Of a stretch of DNA of 44,723 bases, positions 36,137-44,304 are shown in pieces. A program made the position numbers and the translations under genes. This DNA is from a virus: IMG/VR virus record IMGVR_UViG_3300037465_000339; one strand, written 5' to 3'. The notes beneath the pieces are model-generated. The model was not told the origin of the DNA and ran no database searches. It worked only from the letters and a program-made list of their open reading frames with translations. Each line of letters begins with the position of its first letter. The first letter of the stretch is position 1.

Positions 36137-36344
36137 CAGTTTCTTCGAGTTTTGTCCAATAAATATCAATAGTTCTTTTATCTGGATTCCACTCTTCAAT
36201 AAGAATGTAATCCAGAATATTGAGTCCCCGCGCCGCGAATTTTTTTACTTCTTCGTGCGCATATTTATCCAGAATTTCTTCATTGCAATCAAAAATGTAT
36301 CGTGCAATTTCAAGTTTTGCGTGATCAAATTGAGATAAGTTCAT
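36090..36344 (-). CDS. Hypothetical early protein
   Basis: Probable ATG 36344 (MNLSQFDHAKLE...). The start is ambiguous; alternatives are 36404 (ATG) and 36443 (GTG). Confidence 0.3.
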   Translation of the reverse strand: MNLSQFDHAKLEIARYIFDCNEEILDKYAHEEVKKFAARGLNILDYILIEEWNPDKRTIDIYWTKLEETDGEKIRKYLEATKRN

Positions 36345-36591
36345 AATCAGTTTGTCTCTCTTTCCGCTCTTTAAGATGGAAAGTAGAAGTTCTGCTAGAT
36401 TCATTATAAGATGAATGAATAGCCAAAGAACTAGAAGTATCACTGTAGCCTAGATCTGCTGCGGTAGCTTGAAAATTGCGATACATTCTAAGTAAACGAA
36501 TGCGCAAGTTATCATGTTCTCGGCGCGAATCGCAGCGAACAGAAATTTTATTATCTGCGATTAATCTATTGAGGATTTGGTTTGTTTGCAT
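36325..36591 (-). CDS. Hypothetical early protein
   Basis: ATG 36591 or GTG 36678. It overlaps the preceding gene either way. Confidence 0.3.
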   Translation of the reverse strand: MQTNQILNRLIADNKISVRCDSRREHDNLRIRLLRMYRNFQATAADLGYSDTSSSLAIHSSYNESSRTSTFHLKERKERQTDYELISI

Positions 36592-36805
36592 TGGGAGCGG
36601 CTCTAAAATATTTTCCTTCACTGCCGCACATAACTTCAGTGCTTCGAGCCATGAAACATTTAATCGTAATTTTTCCACCGTCCACGGGATCTAGACGGTA
36701 ACGATCAAATTGGAGATTGAGACAGATGGGATGAAAAGATTCTGCTGGGAGTAAATAGTATATGCAATTTGCACAAATTGGAATTGGTTTCAGTTGTTCA
36801 GCCAT
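36566..36805 (-). CDS. Cys-rich small protein (paralogue of 33454-33720)
   Basis: 79 aa with the pattern CANC...ICL...LDPVDGGK...ARSTEVMCGSEGKYF. Confidence 0.5.
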   Translation of the reverse strand: MAEQLKPIPICANCIYYLLPAESFHPICLNLQFDRYRLDPVDGGKITIKCFMARSTEVMCGSEGKYFRAAPNANKPNPQ

Positions 36806-37540
36806 TTTTAAGTTCCGTAAACTGGATAAATTCTAGTTGAAATTCTACATCAGGGGGAGTGATAGCTTGAGAAGAAACAATGCAACACATATCAAGAATT
36901 TTGGTGCCAATTTCGATAAGAAGAATTTGGAGAATTGCTTCCATAATAGTTCCTGGTTGTTGATAGAACTTATTCGAGCAGGAAACTGTATATCAATTTC
37001 CTGCCGACTAAGCACTAAGGGCATCTGTAGCCGAAGCTATGTAGCACGCATAGGCTTAATTACCTTGCAAGGATCTGTTTGTGCTACGGTTTAACCTGAT
37101 TTCATCACCGTAAGTTTTGTATCACATCAGGACTTTGACCAGTCATTATAAGAGCGCGCGTCAGACTGGTAATTGAGCGCGACAATATATGAAACAAAAC
37201 TGCTTCCATTTTTGATGGGTTTCACTATATACACCCACCCCAGTTTTGTTTCCTAGAGGAAGCTATTTCTAACTTCCTCAGAGAAACAAACTCGTCAGTT
37301 GTTTCTTCGGTTACTTGTTTCCGATGGCTCCTTAATTCGACTCCTATCGCGTCATAGGCGAGCAGGGAGATAGTTGAGTGCTTGCAACTATCCTAGTTAT
37401 TTTCCTCTCTAAGCACAGCCATTAGTTGGCAGAGAGGGAGCAGTTTCTATTTGGATGGTAGTAGTTGAACTTGCTCAAAAGAACTACTACTACGCTCTTA
37501 CTCCCCCGAAGGAGAGTTTCGCTGGAATTTCACCAGCTCA
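36806..37540 (-). ncRNA. Candidate large structured non-coding RNA (unclassified); alternatively an origin-like element
   Basis: 735 nt with no credible ORF in an otherwise gene-dense arm. At least 10 perfect helices of 5-12 bp and two interleaved pseudoknot-like pairings are present. Two C(UUCG)G tetraloops and two G.U-only pairs exist only on the minus strand. It is transcribed co-directionally from the promoter at 38248-38276. Confidence 0.45.
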
Positions 37541-38200
37541 TCAGAGAGCTTCTGCAAGAACTTTTTCTTCTTCTTGCAACAGAGTTTCAACCCTGTTCTT
37601 CAGGTATTCATATACATCTTCGTTATCTTCCATCGAAGAAGTATTGGATGCCCAAAGATTCAACATATCTTGAAGAATTCCAAGTGCTTTCTTATCATTG
37701 CGGCACATATAGAATTTTTTCTTGAAATGTTGAAGATGTTTCTCGATACGATCAGTATCTTTCCCCGTAACTTTCGGCATAATTGCGCGATAGTCGGCAG
37801 AGAAAGTGTCCCAATCTTCATCGGTAATGCCAAGTCCGCGCCGTTCCGCTTGCGGAATATTGGCAATCACCGACCAAGCAAGAGCAGAAACATCAATTGC
37901 TTCTGACTTGATTTCAGACTCCGGAGATTTCTCTCGGATTTGATTGACAAGATTCCTACCAGCAGCGATGACACCTTCTTTTACAAGAGTCAGAAGATAT
38001 TCAAGCTCTTTTCCACCAGCTTGGACAATCTCAAGAATTCCTTCAGCAGTAGGAACAGGAACAGAAACTTTTACCGATGGAAGTTTCTTTCCTTCTCCAA
38101 TTACAGCACCACTCGCATCTTTGATCTTCTCTTTTTTGAAGTGATAAACAGCTTCCTTCATTTCAGATTGGATCGGTTTTACTACAATGTTTTCGACCAT
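37541..38200 (-). CDS. Hypothetical protein (219 aa), first gene after the sigma70-like promoter
   Basis: GAGGAAAT SD directly upstream of ATG 38200. No motif was recognised. It is possibly related to the GC-rich 204-aa protein at 43671-44285. Confidence 0.6.
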   Translation of the reverse strand: MVENIVVKPIQSEMKEAVYHFKKEKIKDASGAVIGEGKKLPSVKVSVPVPTAEGILEIVQAGGKELEYLLTLVKEGVIAAGRNLVNQIREKSPESEIKSEAIDVSALAWSVIANIPQAERRGLGITDEDWDTFSADYRAIMPKVTGKDTDRIEKHLQHFKKKFYMCRNDKKALGILQDMLNLWASNTSSMEDNEDVYEYLKNRVETLLQEEEKVLAEAL

Positions 38201-38247
38201 ATTTCCTCTAAGATTTTGGGAGTCGCCCCGGTTTTGGGAGCAAGGGT

Positions 38248-38276
38248 ATTCTACAGGATTGTCCGGCGCCGGTCAA
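38248..38276 (-). promoter_or_regulatory. Sigma70-type promoter, TTGACC-N17-TAGAAT
   Basis: The minus strand reads cccc TTGACC ggcgccggacaatcctg TAGAAT accc. An A/T-rich tract lies upstream. The spacer contains the palindrome CCGGCGCCGG. The leader carries CTCCCAAAA twice (plus-strand TTTTGGGAG at 38214 and 38232). Confidence 0.7.
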
Positions 38277-38341
38277 GGGGATGATTTTTTAATTTTTTGT
38301 GGTCATTTTACTTCATCAATTATTCTTCAATCGAGTTTAGT

Positions 38342-38554
38342 TCAATCTTTGTCATGTTCGTATTTTCTATCAAGTTTATAGACATACCACCATCCATCCC
38401 TATAGACGGACAATTCTACAGAATTTTGAATCTCTATTGTGCCAAGTGGTTGTCCGGTATCTTCATCGAAAACGTCTCCATTTTCGAAAGGCGCCGAATC
38501 TTCTGGAAGATCTTCAATTTTCAGAGAAGAAAGGATCTTTTCGCTTTCAGTCAT
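38342..38554 (-). CDS. Hypothetical acidic early protein
   Basis: 70 aa with an 8-nt start/stop overlap with the upstream gene. Confidence 0.45.
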   Translation of the reverse strand: MTESEKILSSLKIEDLPEDSAPFENGDVFDEDTGQPLGTIEIQNSVELSVYRDGWWYVYKLDRKYEHDKD

Positions 38555-38762
38555 TTTGTTCTCCTAGTTTGGGTTCGAAAATTTTAGCTATGTCAATAGC
38601 TATATATAGCCGGTAATTTTCTAATTCTTTTATAGTATTCGTGCCACAAGAATAGCCAAAATCACTCATATTCAGATTAGATATGATTTTGTCAACCGCT
38701 TTCAGAGCAAGAGAAAAGCTATGAGGATAGACTTTAGCTAATCTATTTTCATCCTTTTCCAT
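38547..38762 (-). CDS. Hypothetical early protein
   Basis: 71 aa with an AAAGGAAAA SD. Confidence 0.45.
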   Translation of the reverse strand: MEKDENRLAKVYPHSFSLALKAVDKIISNLNMSDFGYSCGTNTIKELENYRLYIAIDIAKIFEPKLGEQND

Positions 38763-38774
38763 AGTTTTCCTTTC

Positions 38775-41030
38775 TTAAACCTCATAGAATGGGTCAAGTA
38801 TTGTTGTATCTTCTGTTGTATCTGCTCCCTTCAATTTGAGTTCAAGCTCTTTGTGTCGCAAAATCTCCTTGAAAGAATCTGTCCAGGTAGGAAGATCGTT
38901 GGAAGCATAAACTGATGGAATGCGCCCGAGAAGTTTCATGGTCATAACCCAACCTGAATTATGTCCTCGATCTTGACTATAATTCCAGGCAACAAGATGA
39001 GCTATCTCGTGATCGAGAGTTTCCCCAAGCATTTCTTCTCTGACTTTAGGATGAGATTCAGAAAGAATGCACCACAGGGAATTAAGACTGATGGTATTGC
39101 TTTTCAAGTGCGCAAGTCCAACATATTTACTGCGCTGAAGATCAAATCGAATGTGTGGGAATGGGCCGATTTTTTCTGCTCCCCAAATTGCTTGGGCTTT
39201 TAACCAAGTCGCGCGGAGTCGTTCCAAGGCTTCGGCTTTGAATGTAGCAGAAATAAAAGTTTCGAGTTTGACAAGTGGCGCGGGCGGAGCCGAAGAAGTT
39301 ACTGTTATTTTTCTTTCATTCTCTTTTCGTCCTTTATAGACGCTTTCAACTATCCGACCTTGCGGCGCTCGCTTCAACTCTTCTATTTGTTTGTCAAATT
39401 CCTCTTTCTTTCCCTTGAAGTATTCTGCCTTTTCTTCAAGAGTATCTCCCTTAATGCGAGGACTCTTTGCAGATTTCATGAGTGTTCCCGGTTTTTTGAA
39501 TCTGTCCGGTTCAACAATCATATAGAGTTCTTTTCTGGCGCGGGTAATTGCAGTATAGAGTAGTTCTCTAGACCACATTACTGCATGGCTTTGATGAGTA
39601 ATAAAAAATACTCGCGTCCATTCGCTGCCTTGAGATTTGTGAACGGTGAGACAGTAGGCAAATTCTAACAGGTTAATTTCACCTGCGGTAGAGAATACCT
39701 CTTTTTGTCCAGAATCTAGAAGTTCTACTTCGATTGTGTGCGATGCTTCTTGCTTTCTTTCTTCCGTTTCTTTGCTGTCTTGAAGAGTGAAACTATCAAG
39801 ATATTTGTCAACGTCGAAATCGTCGGCGTCGGTGTTGGCAATTACCGGTGTCTTGATGTAATTTCCCCAACGATCAAGATCAACACTAGGCGGGCGCGTG
39901 CGCTTGCCAAAGTAGCGGGCATTCTTTGTTATTTTTGTAATAATTGCATCTTCTCTGCCAGCTAAAATTCGATCGCCTTCAGCAAAATAATGCTTCAAGA
40001 AACCGGATTGAATTTCCCACACCAGCGCGTTTCTTTTTCTTCCGAGTTCTTGTGCTATCACTCGGTTTAATTCATTAGTGCCAAAAGCAAGGTTAGCTGT
40101 TTTACCTTGCGGGCAAAGAATTATATCTTCCTCTTCATCGTAGTTTCCTTCAGTTATTAATCTTCTAAGGAAAACAGAAGCAGTATGAACGCCATCAAAA
40201 TCAGAAAGAGATTTTTTCCATGGATGAATAGTTATCTTACCTTGAGAAGTTTCCAGCATTTTTTTCTCAATCACTGGAATATCTTCACCATCTTTGATTT
40301 GATGCGCCAAGGAAATGATAGGACTGTTTTTTGCCTGTCTGTAGATTTTTTTCAATTCTACAATAGGCAACTCTAGAAGTTTGAAGCCGAGAATTGCTGA
40401 ACCATAAACGGGAGGCAGTTGATAAAGATCACCAACAAAGATGAATTGAACGCGATCAGGAAAAGGCAGGGCATCAATTAATTGTTTGTAGAGTTCTGTG
40501 CCTACCATTGACGATTCATCAATGATGATAGTTTTCAGTGTGCTAGGCAATTTTTTATGCCTGTTGCGCCCCGGCTCGAAACGCATTGTTACACGATTTT
40601 TCTGCGTTTCTTCATCAAACACTTCATAGAATACAGGTTCAAATTCGAGCAATTTGTGAAGAGTAATGCAGTGCATCTTAATATCATTAGATACTACTTT
40701 ACGGCTGTTTCTTACTGCTCGGCGCGTGAACGAAGTAATGACAAGGCCCGGCGCACCGTATTGAAGATACTTTGTAGAAACATCAATAGGTGGAATCTTG
40801 TTTTGAGCTATCAGAAGCCTTGTGATTTCTTTTTCTACTGTAGTTTTTCCTGTTCCGGCGGCGCCGTTAATGATGAAGCTTTTGCCTTCCAGCGCCATTT
40901 GGATAGCTTTTTGCTGTTCTTCATTCCAAGTCCAAACGTCGGCAGAGGTTGATTCTGATGCTGTTGTTTGTGTTTTCTTTTTTGCTTCCTCAATTAATTG
41001 TTTGAGGCGATCTTTTTCAGTAAAAGACAT
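38775..41030 (-). CDS. SF1B RecD/Dda-like DNA helicase fused to a C-terminal SprT-like zinc-metallopeptidase domain
   Basis: 751 aa. Helicase motifs are Walker A GAAGTGKTT, Walker B IIIDESSM, and LTVHKSQGSEW. The C-terminal segment is YVGLAHLKSNTISLNSLW...ETLDHEIAHLVAW...RGHNSGW, with HExxH at nt 39009-38995. Confidence 0.8.
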   Translation of the reverse strand: MSFTEKDRLKQLIEEAKKKTQTTASESTSADVWTWNEEQQKAIQMALEGKSFIINGAAGTGKTTVEKEITRLLIAQNKIPPIDVSTKYLQYGAPGLVITSFTRRAVRNSRKVVSNDIKMHCITLHKLLEFEPVFYEVFDEETQKNRVTMRFEPGRNRHKKLPSTLKTIIIDESSMVGTELYKQLIDALPFPDRVQFIFVGDLYQLPPVYGSAILGFKLLELPIVELKKIYRQAKNSPIISLAHQIKDGEDIPVIEKKMLETSQGKITIHPWKKSLSDFDGVHTASVFLRRLITEGNYDEEEDIILCPQGKTANLAFGTNELNRVIAQELGRKRNALVWEIQSGFLKHYFAEGDRILAGREDAIITKITKNARYFGKRTRPPSVDLDRWGNYIKTPVIANTDADDFDVDKYLDSFTLQDSKETEERKQEASHTIEVELLDSGQKEVFSTAGEINLLEFAYCLTVHKSQGSEWTRVFFITHQSHAVMWSRELLYTAITRARKELYMIVEPDRFKKPGTLMKSAKSPRIKGDTLEEKAEYFKGKKEEFDKQIEELKRAPQGRIVESVYKGRKENERKITVTSSAPPAPLVKLETFISATFKAEALERLRATWLKAQAIWGAEKIGPFPHIRFDLQRSKYVGLAHLKSNTISLNSLWCILSESHPKVREEMLGETLDHEIAHLVAWNYSQDRGHNSGWVMTMKLLGRIPSVYASNDLPTWTDSFKEILRHKELELKLKGADTTEDTTILDPFYEV

Positions 41031-41035
41031 AGTTG

Positions 41036-41266
41036 TTAGTCTTTCGAAAGAATTAAATGGGTTGAGGTTTTGATAACAACCTCATTTTCAAGATCTACTT
41101 CTCTGTAAAAGAGAATTTTTAATTCGTCTATTCCAGACAAATCTAGCTTTTTTCGTATGTTCTTTTTGTTTTTTGACCAAACGTAAGCTTCAAAAAGTCT
41201 GTTTGTTTTTCTGTGAATTCCCGTAACTTTGTAAGAATTGAAACTTACGGTTTTGAGTTTAATCAT
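41036..41266 (-). CDS. Hypothetical early protein
   Basis: ATG 41266 overlaps the upstream stop (ATGATTAA). 76 aa. Confidence 0.4.
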   Translation of the reverse strand: MIKLKTVSFNSYKVTGIHRKTNRLFEAYVWSKNKKNIRKKLDLSGIDELKILFYREVDLENEVVIKTSTHLILSKD

Positions 41267-41582
41267 TGCGATATCTCCAATAATCGCGAATTTGATATAA
41301 CGTGATGGATTGATACGTCGGGCCGCGAGCAATGATAGCAGCTTTTATTTTTTCTTGTTTTTCATTTTCAGGTTCCAACGTCAATGCATGAGTATAGGCC
41401 AGGGAATGCACTGTTACAGATTCTAGCAACATTTTCGATTTTGCGTTGAGTTCGCAAGGTTGAACCTGCAACATGATTGATTTTCCGGTTTTCTCATTCC
41501 GGGCCACAACATAATCTCGTTGAAGATGATCTTGACGAACGCCAGGAATGATTGTGTAGCCTTCAGGTAATTTTGTTTCCAT
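41259..41582 (-). CDS. Hypothetical early protein
   Basis: 107-aa ORF in the operon context. Confidence 0.45.
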   Translation of the reverse strand: METKLPEGYTIIPGVRQDHLQRDYVVARNEKTGKSIMLQVQPCELNAKSKMLLESVTVHSLAYTHALTLEPENEKQEKIKAAIIARGPTYQSITLYQIRDYWRYRND

Positions 41583-41588
41583 AGCTAC

Positions 41589-41849
41589 TTACCTCCAATT
41601 GATATGAGTTTTACGGGAGTTAAACATGATCTTGTTTTCTTGTGCCAAGCTATTTATTGTTTGACGCAAGAATTCAAAATGACGTTCTTCCAATTCAAAT
41701 TCTTGCATCAAATCATCGAAAGAAAAAGCATTTAGATGATACATCTTGAGAAATTGTTCCAATTTTCTTTTCAAATAAAACAATTTCCGTTCGGGAGCAA
41801 TCGTTTTTGAATCAAGTAGAAAACGAAGCGACGAAGAATTAAATTTCAT
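41589..41849 (-). CDS. Hypothetical early protein
   Basis: 86 aa, overlapping the stop of the upstream gene. Confidence 0.45.
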   Translation of the reverse strand: MKFNSSSLRFLLDSKTIAPERKLFYLKRKLEQFLKMYHLNAFSFDDLMQEFELEERHFEFLRQTINSLAQENKIMFNSRKTHINWR

Positions 41850-42826
41850 AGATCATTTTCTCCAACATTGGATTGTTTCTTGTTTGCCAAGTCCCACTTG
41901 GCTTTAGCAACTAGCCAAGCAGCGCGGTTCGGGAAGTTTCTTACTTCCGGCGCGGGAGTCCCTGTTAGTTCGGGATGCGGATTATCCAGCAGAATTTCGA
42001 AGGTATCATTGTAAACAGCAAGCCAGTGTTTTAGCTGTTCGATTCTGCGGGATACTTCGTAGCTTACACTGTTGCCTGTTTCACAATGAGTCAAAAACAA
42101 ATCTTCCAGATCTTGAATGTCTTGTTCTGTCCAGACATGAATGTTTTTCTCTGCACAGAAAAACAATCTTTCGCATTCTCCATCTATTAGTTCTGAGTTT
42201 GGAATTTGTGTTGTTAGCCAACTCCAAAGGCGCCGAAGCGAAATATCTTCATAGAGATTCCGCCGAATTTGTTTTATTGCTAATTCCTCGGCTTTCTTTT
42301 TGGCTTCTCTCACCCTTATGCGCACAGTATCGTTATAGTCCTTGATGCATTCTCTTGCTGCGCGCAGCCAGACTGGAATGGGATAGAATGGATCTTTTTC
42401 CAATTCTCCTGCTGCACCTTTCCAGATATGAAGTTTTGGAAATTTCAGCCTGTCGCTACCGTGTTCGTATTTCCAGCTAACTACTTCCAATACCTCCGCT
42501 AGATAGGTAGCTGTAATTCTGGGGGAAGGCAGGCAAGGAAAATCTTGGATAACTACATCGGCTGCATGAAGCAATGCAAGCATCATTAGCTGTTGTTGCT
42601 GCATCGGCCACTCTCGCCTGCCGTTTTTAGCGAGCTGGAAGTTACTCTTCGCTCTATGCAACAAATCATAGATGTTTGCAGCAAAGATTGGATGAAAACT
42701 TACTGTTTCCTTCCAAGCTTTTACATATGGGGAGAGTCCTGCAAGTGTGCTTTTCGGGTAGAAGCTGCCCAACGTTAATCCAGTGCGCTGACACACTAGC
42801 TTGATGTGGAATTTTTCTTCAGACAT
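41846..42826 (-). CDS. Hypothetical protein (326 aa), first gene of the early arm
   Basis: GGGAG SD 6 nt upstream of ATG 42826. No motif was recognised. Confidence 0.55.
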   Translation of the reverse strand: MSEEKFHIKLVCQRTGLTLGSFYPKSTLAGLSPYVKAWKETVSFHPIFAANIYDLLHRAKSNFQLAKNGRREWPMQQQQLMMLALLHAADVVIQDFPCLPSPRITATYLAEVLEVVSWKYEHGSDRLKFPKLHIWKGAAGELEKDPFYPIPVWLRAARECIKDYNDTVRIRVREAKKKAEELAIKQIRRNLYEDISLRRLWSWLTTQIPNSELIDGECERLFFCAEKNIHVWTEQDIQDLEDLFLTHCETGNSVSYEVSRRIEQLKHWLAVYNDTFEILLDNPHPELTGTPAPEVRNFPNRAAWLVAKAKWDLANKKQSNVGENDL

Positions 42827-43025
42827 TGATACTCCCGATTTTATGATCTCGCAAGGATTTTTGCCGCTTGTTTTTTCGCCATTCTGATCTGCTCCATTTG
42901 CGGCAGTTCCACAATTTTTTGATGATTTTATTCGGGTTATTTGTTGTGTGCCGTGAAATTTCCATATGCTCCTCTATTTTGGTGGAAGTTTCTAGGATCT
43001 ACTTGGCGAACTCCAATTATACCAT

Positions 43026-43034
43026 AGGCTTAGA
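43026..43034 (-). promoter_or_regulatory. Extended -10 promoter candidate (TGGTATAAT) for the early arm
   Basis: The minus strand reads ccta TGG TATAAT tgga. An A/T tract and a GC hairpin lie upstream. It sits about 200 nt upstream of the first early gene. There is no good -35. Confidence 0.5.
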
Positions 43035-43428
43035 CCGGGCGGGGCGGCCGGAGTTCAAAAAATTTTACGCTTTTTCTGCTGGTAGATTTATGAGATAGAA
43101 TCTTACCGCGTGCAGTGTGCGGCGTGCGTTGGGGGGCGCGCTGTGTTTCCCGGCTTTTGGCTGCTAGTTTCTATCTTCCTTTCTTGACGTATGTTTTGAC
43201 CCCTGTCTTTAGAAAAATTGATAAAGTAAAGAGATAGTTACATGGGGAAAATAAATAGGATAGTAATAGATAGAGATACCCAAAAAGGGACAGACCCATG
43301 ATGCACACCGCACAACGCACATGGTAAGAATCGCATAGATTAGAAACTTATGAAGGTTGTTTACTATATTTATGCTCCTAGCTTCGTTGCAGCGCACAAA
43401 TTACGAGCGTTGAAAAATCGACAGAAAC

Positions 43429-43453
43429 TTACAATTGTAACAATTTGTAACAG
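43429..43453. promoter_or_regulatory. Operator-like palindrome plus an extra half-site
   Basis: TTACAATTGTAA (43429-43440) is a perfect 12-bp palindrome. TGTAACA is directly repeated at 43437 and 43447. Confidence 0.4.
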
Positions 43454-43670
43454 TTTGGAACACGCAGGAACCAAATTGGTCAAACATGGGCAGGCACACG
43501 AAACTACCGAGGAGCGGAAGCTCCCGCGAGAGTAGCAAAGCCTGACGGTGCGGTTAGATCCATCGAATGCTGAGATGGTGACCCGGCGACACCGTAAAAC
43601 CCATGCCAGCAGCGCCAACGGTGGCGAACACAACCGACAACCCATCAACCAACTACTAAGGAGTGTCCAG

Positions 43671-44285
43671 ATGGATACCGCTGTAACGCAGGTGCTGGAT
43701 CAGGCGCCTGCAACTGTCCCTGCTGGAGCGATGCTGGTTTCGTTCCGCCGCAAGGACACGCGGAAAAACCCGGTGCCCGAAGCGGAGAAATTCCGCTGCG
43801 TCGTTGTCCCTGCGCTTGATTGGAGCATCACGGCGCAACCGGAAAACGCCACCGGCATCTTTGCGGCGGCAATCGCGGAGCAAATCGACAGTGCTGCTAG
43901 CGCCGTGCTGCTCGATGCGTGGATTGCCGGCGGCAAAGCGCAGACAGTTCCTGTTGGCCTGTTTACCTTGTCCGCGCTGCTTGCCAAGATGGAGCAGGTG
44001 CAGTCTGCGGTCAGGCTCGACGGCGACGATATCATCGCTTGGTATGATGCCAGTGCTACCAAGCACGCCGCTGTCGAACGCTACAGGGATCGGCCAGAGA
44101 ACGTCAAGAAACTCGGTGCTAAGTTGCGCGGGCTTGCCAGCAACAATCCGGCAATCTCGCCTGAGCTGGCGACCAAGTTGATTTCGTTTTTTGCCGACGC
44201 CGACCTGCAGCATCCGATCTGCAAAAACCTGCTGCGCCGGCTCGAACGTCTCAGCAAGCCGCAAGACACTGCGGACGACCTGTAA
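43671..44285 (+). CDS. Hypothetical protein (204 aa), GC-rich cassette
   Basis: TAAGGAG SD (43657-43663) 7 nt before ATG 43671. The ORF-track GTG at 43548 lacks an SD. Confidence 0.6.
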   Translation: MDTAVTQVLDQAPATVPAGAMLVSFRRKDTRKNPVPEAEKFRCVVVPALDWSITAQPENATGIFAAAIAEQIDSAASAVLLDAWIAGGKAQTVPVGLFTLSALLAKMEQVQSAVRLDGDDIIAWYDASATKHAAVERYRDRPENVKKLGAKLRGLASNNPAISPELATKLISFFADADLQHPICKNLLRRLERLSKPQDTADDL

Positions 44286-44304
44286 AATTGGGGGAGATTG
44301 GATC

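Noticed and set aside
36806-37540. tRNA genes, tmRNA or a self-splicing intron in the ORF-free region
   Set aside because: I found no cloverleaf with a GTTCRANYC T-loop on either strand and no tmRNA-like ends. The flanking CDSs are complete rather than split exons. Intron families still need a covariance-model check.
42868-43648. ORFs of 61-92 aa (42868-43098, 43209-43397, 43350-43535, 43370-43648) inside the divergent intergenic region
   Set aside because: They overlap each other, lack SD sequences and have implausible composition. The region carries promoter- and operator-like signals instead.
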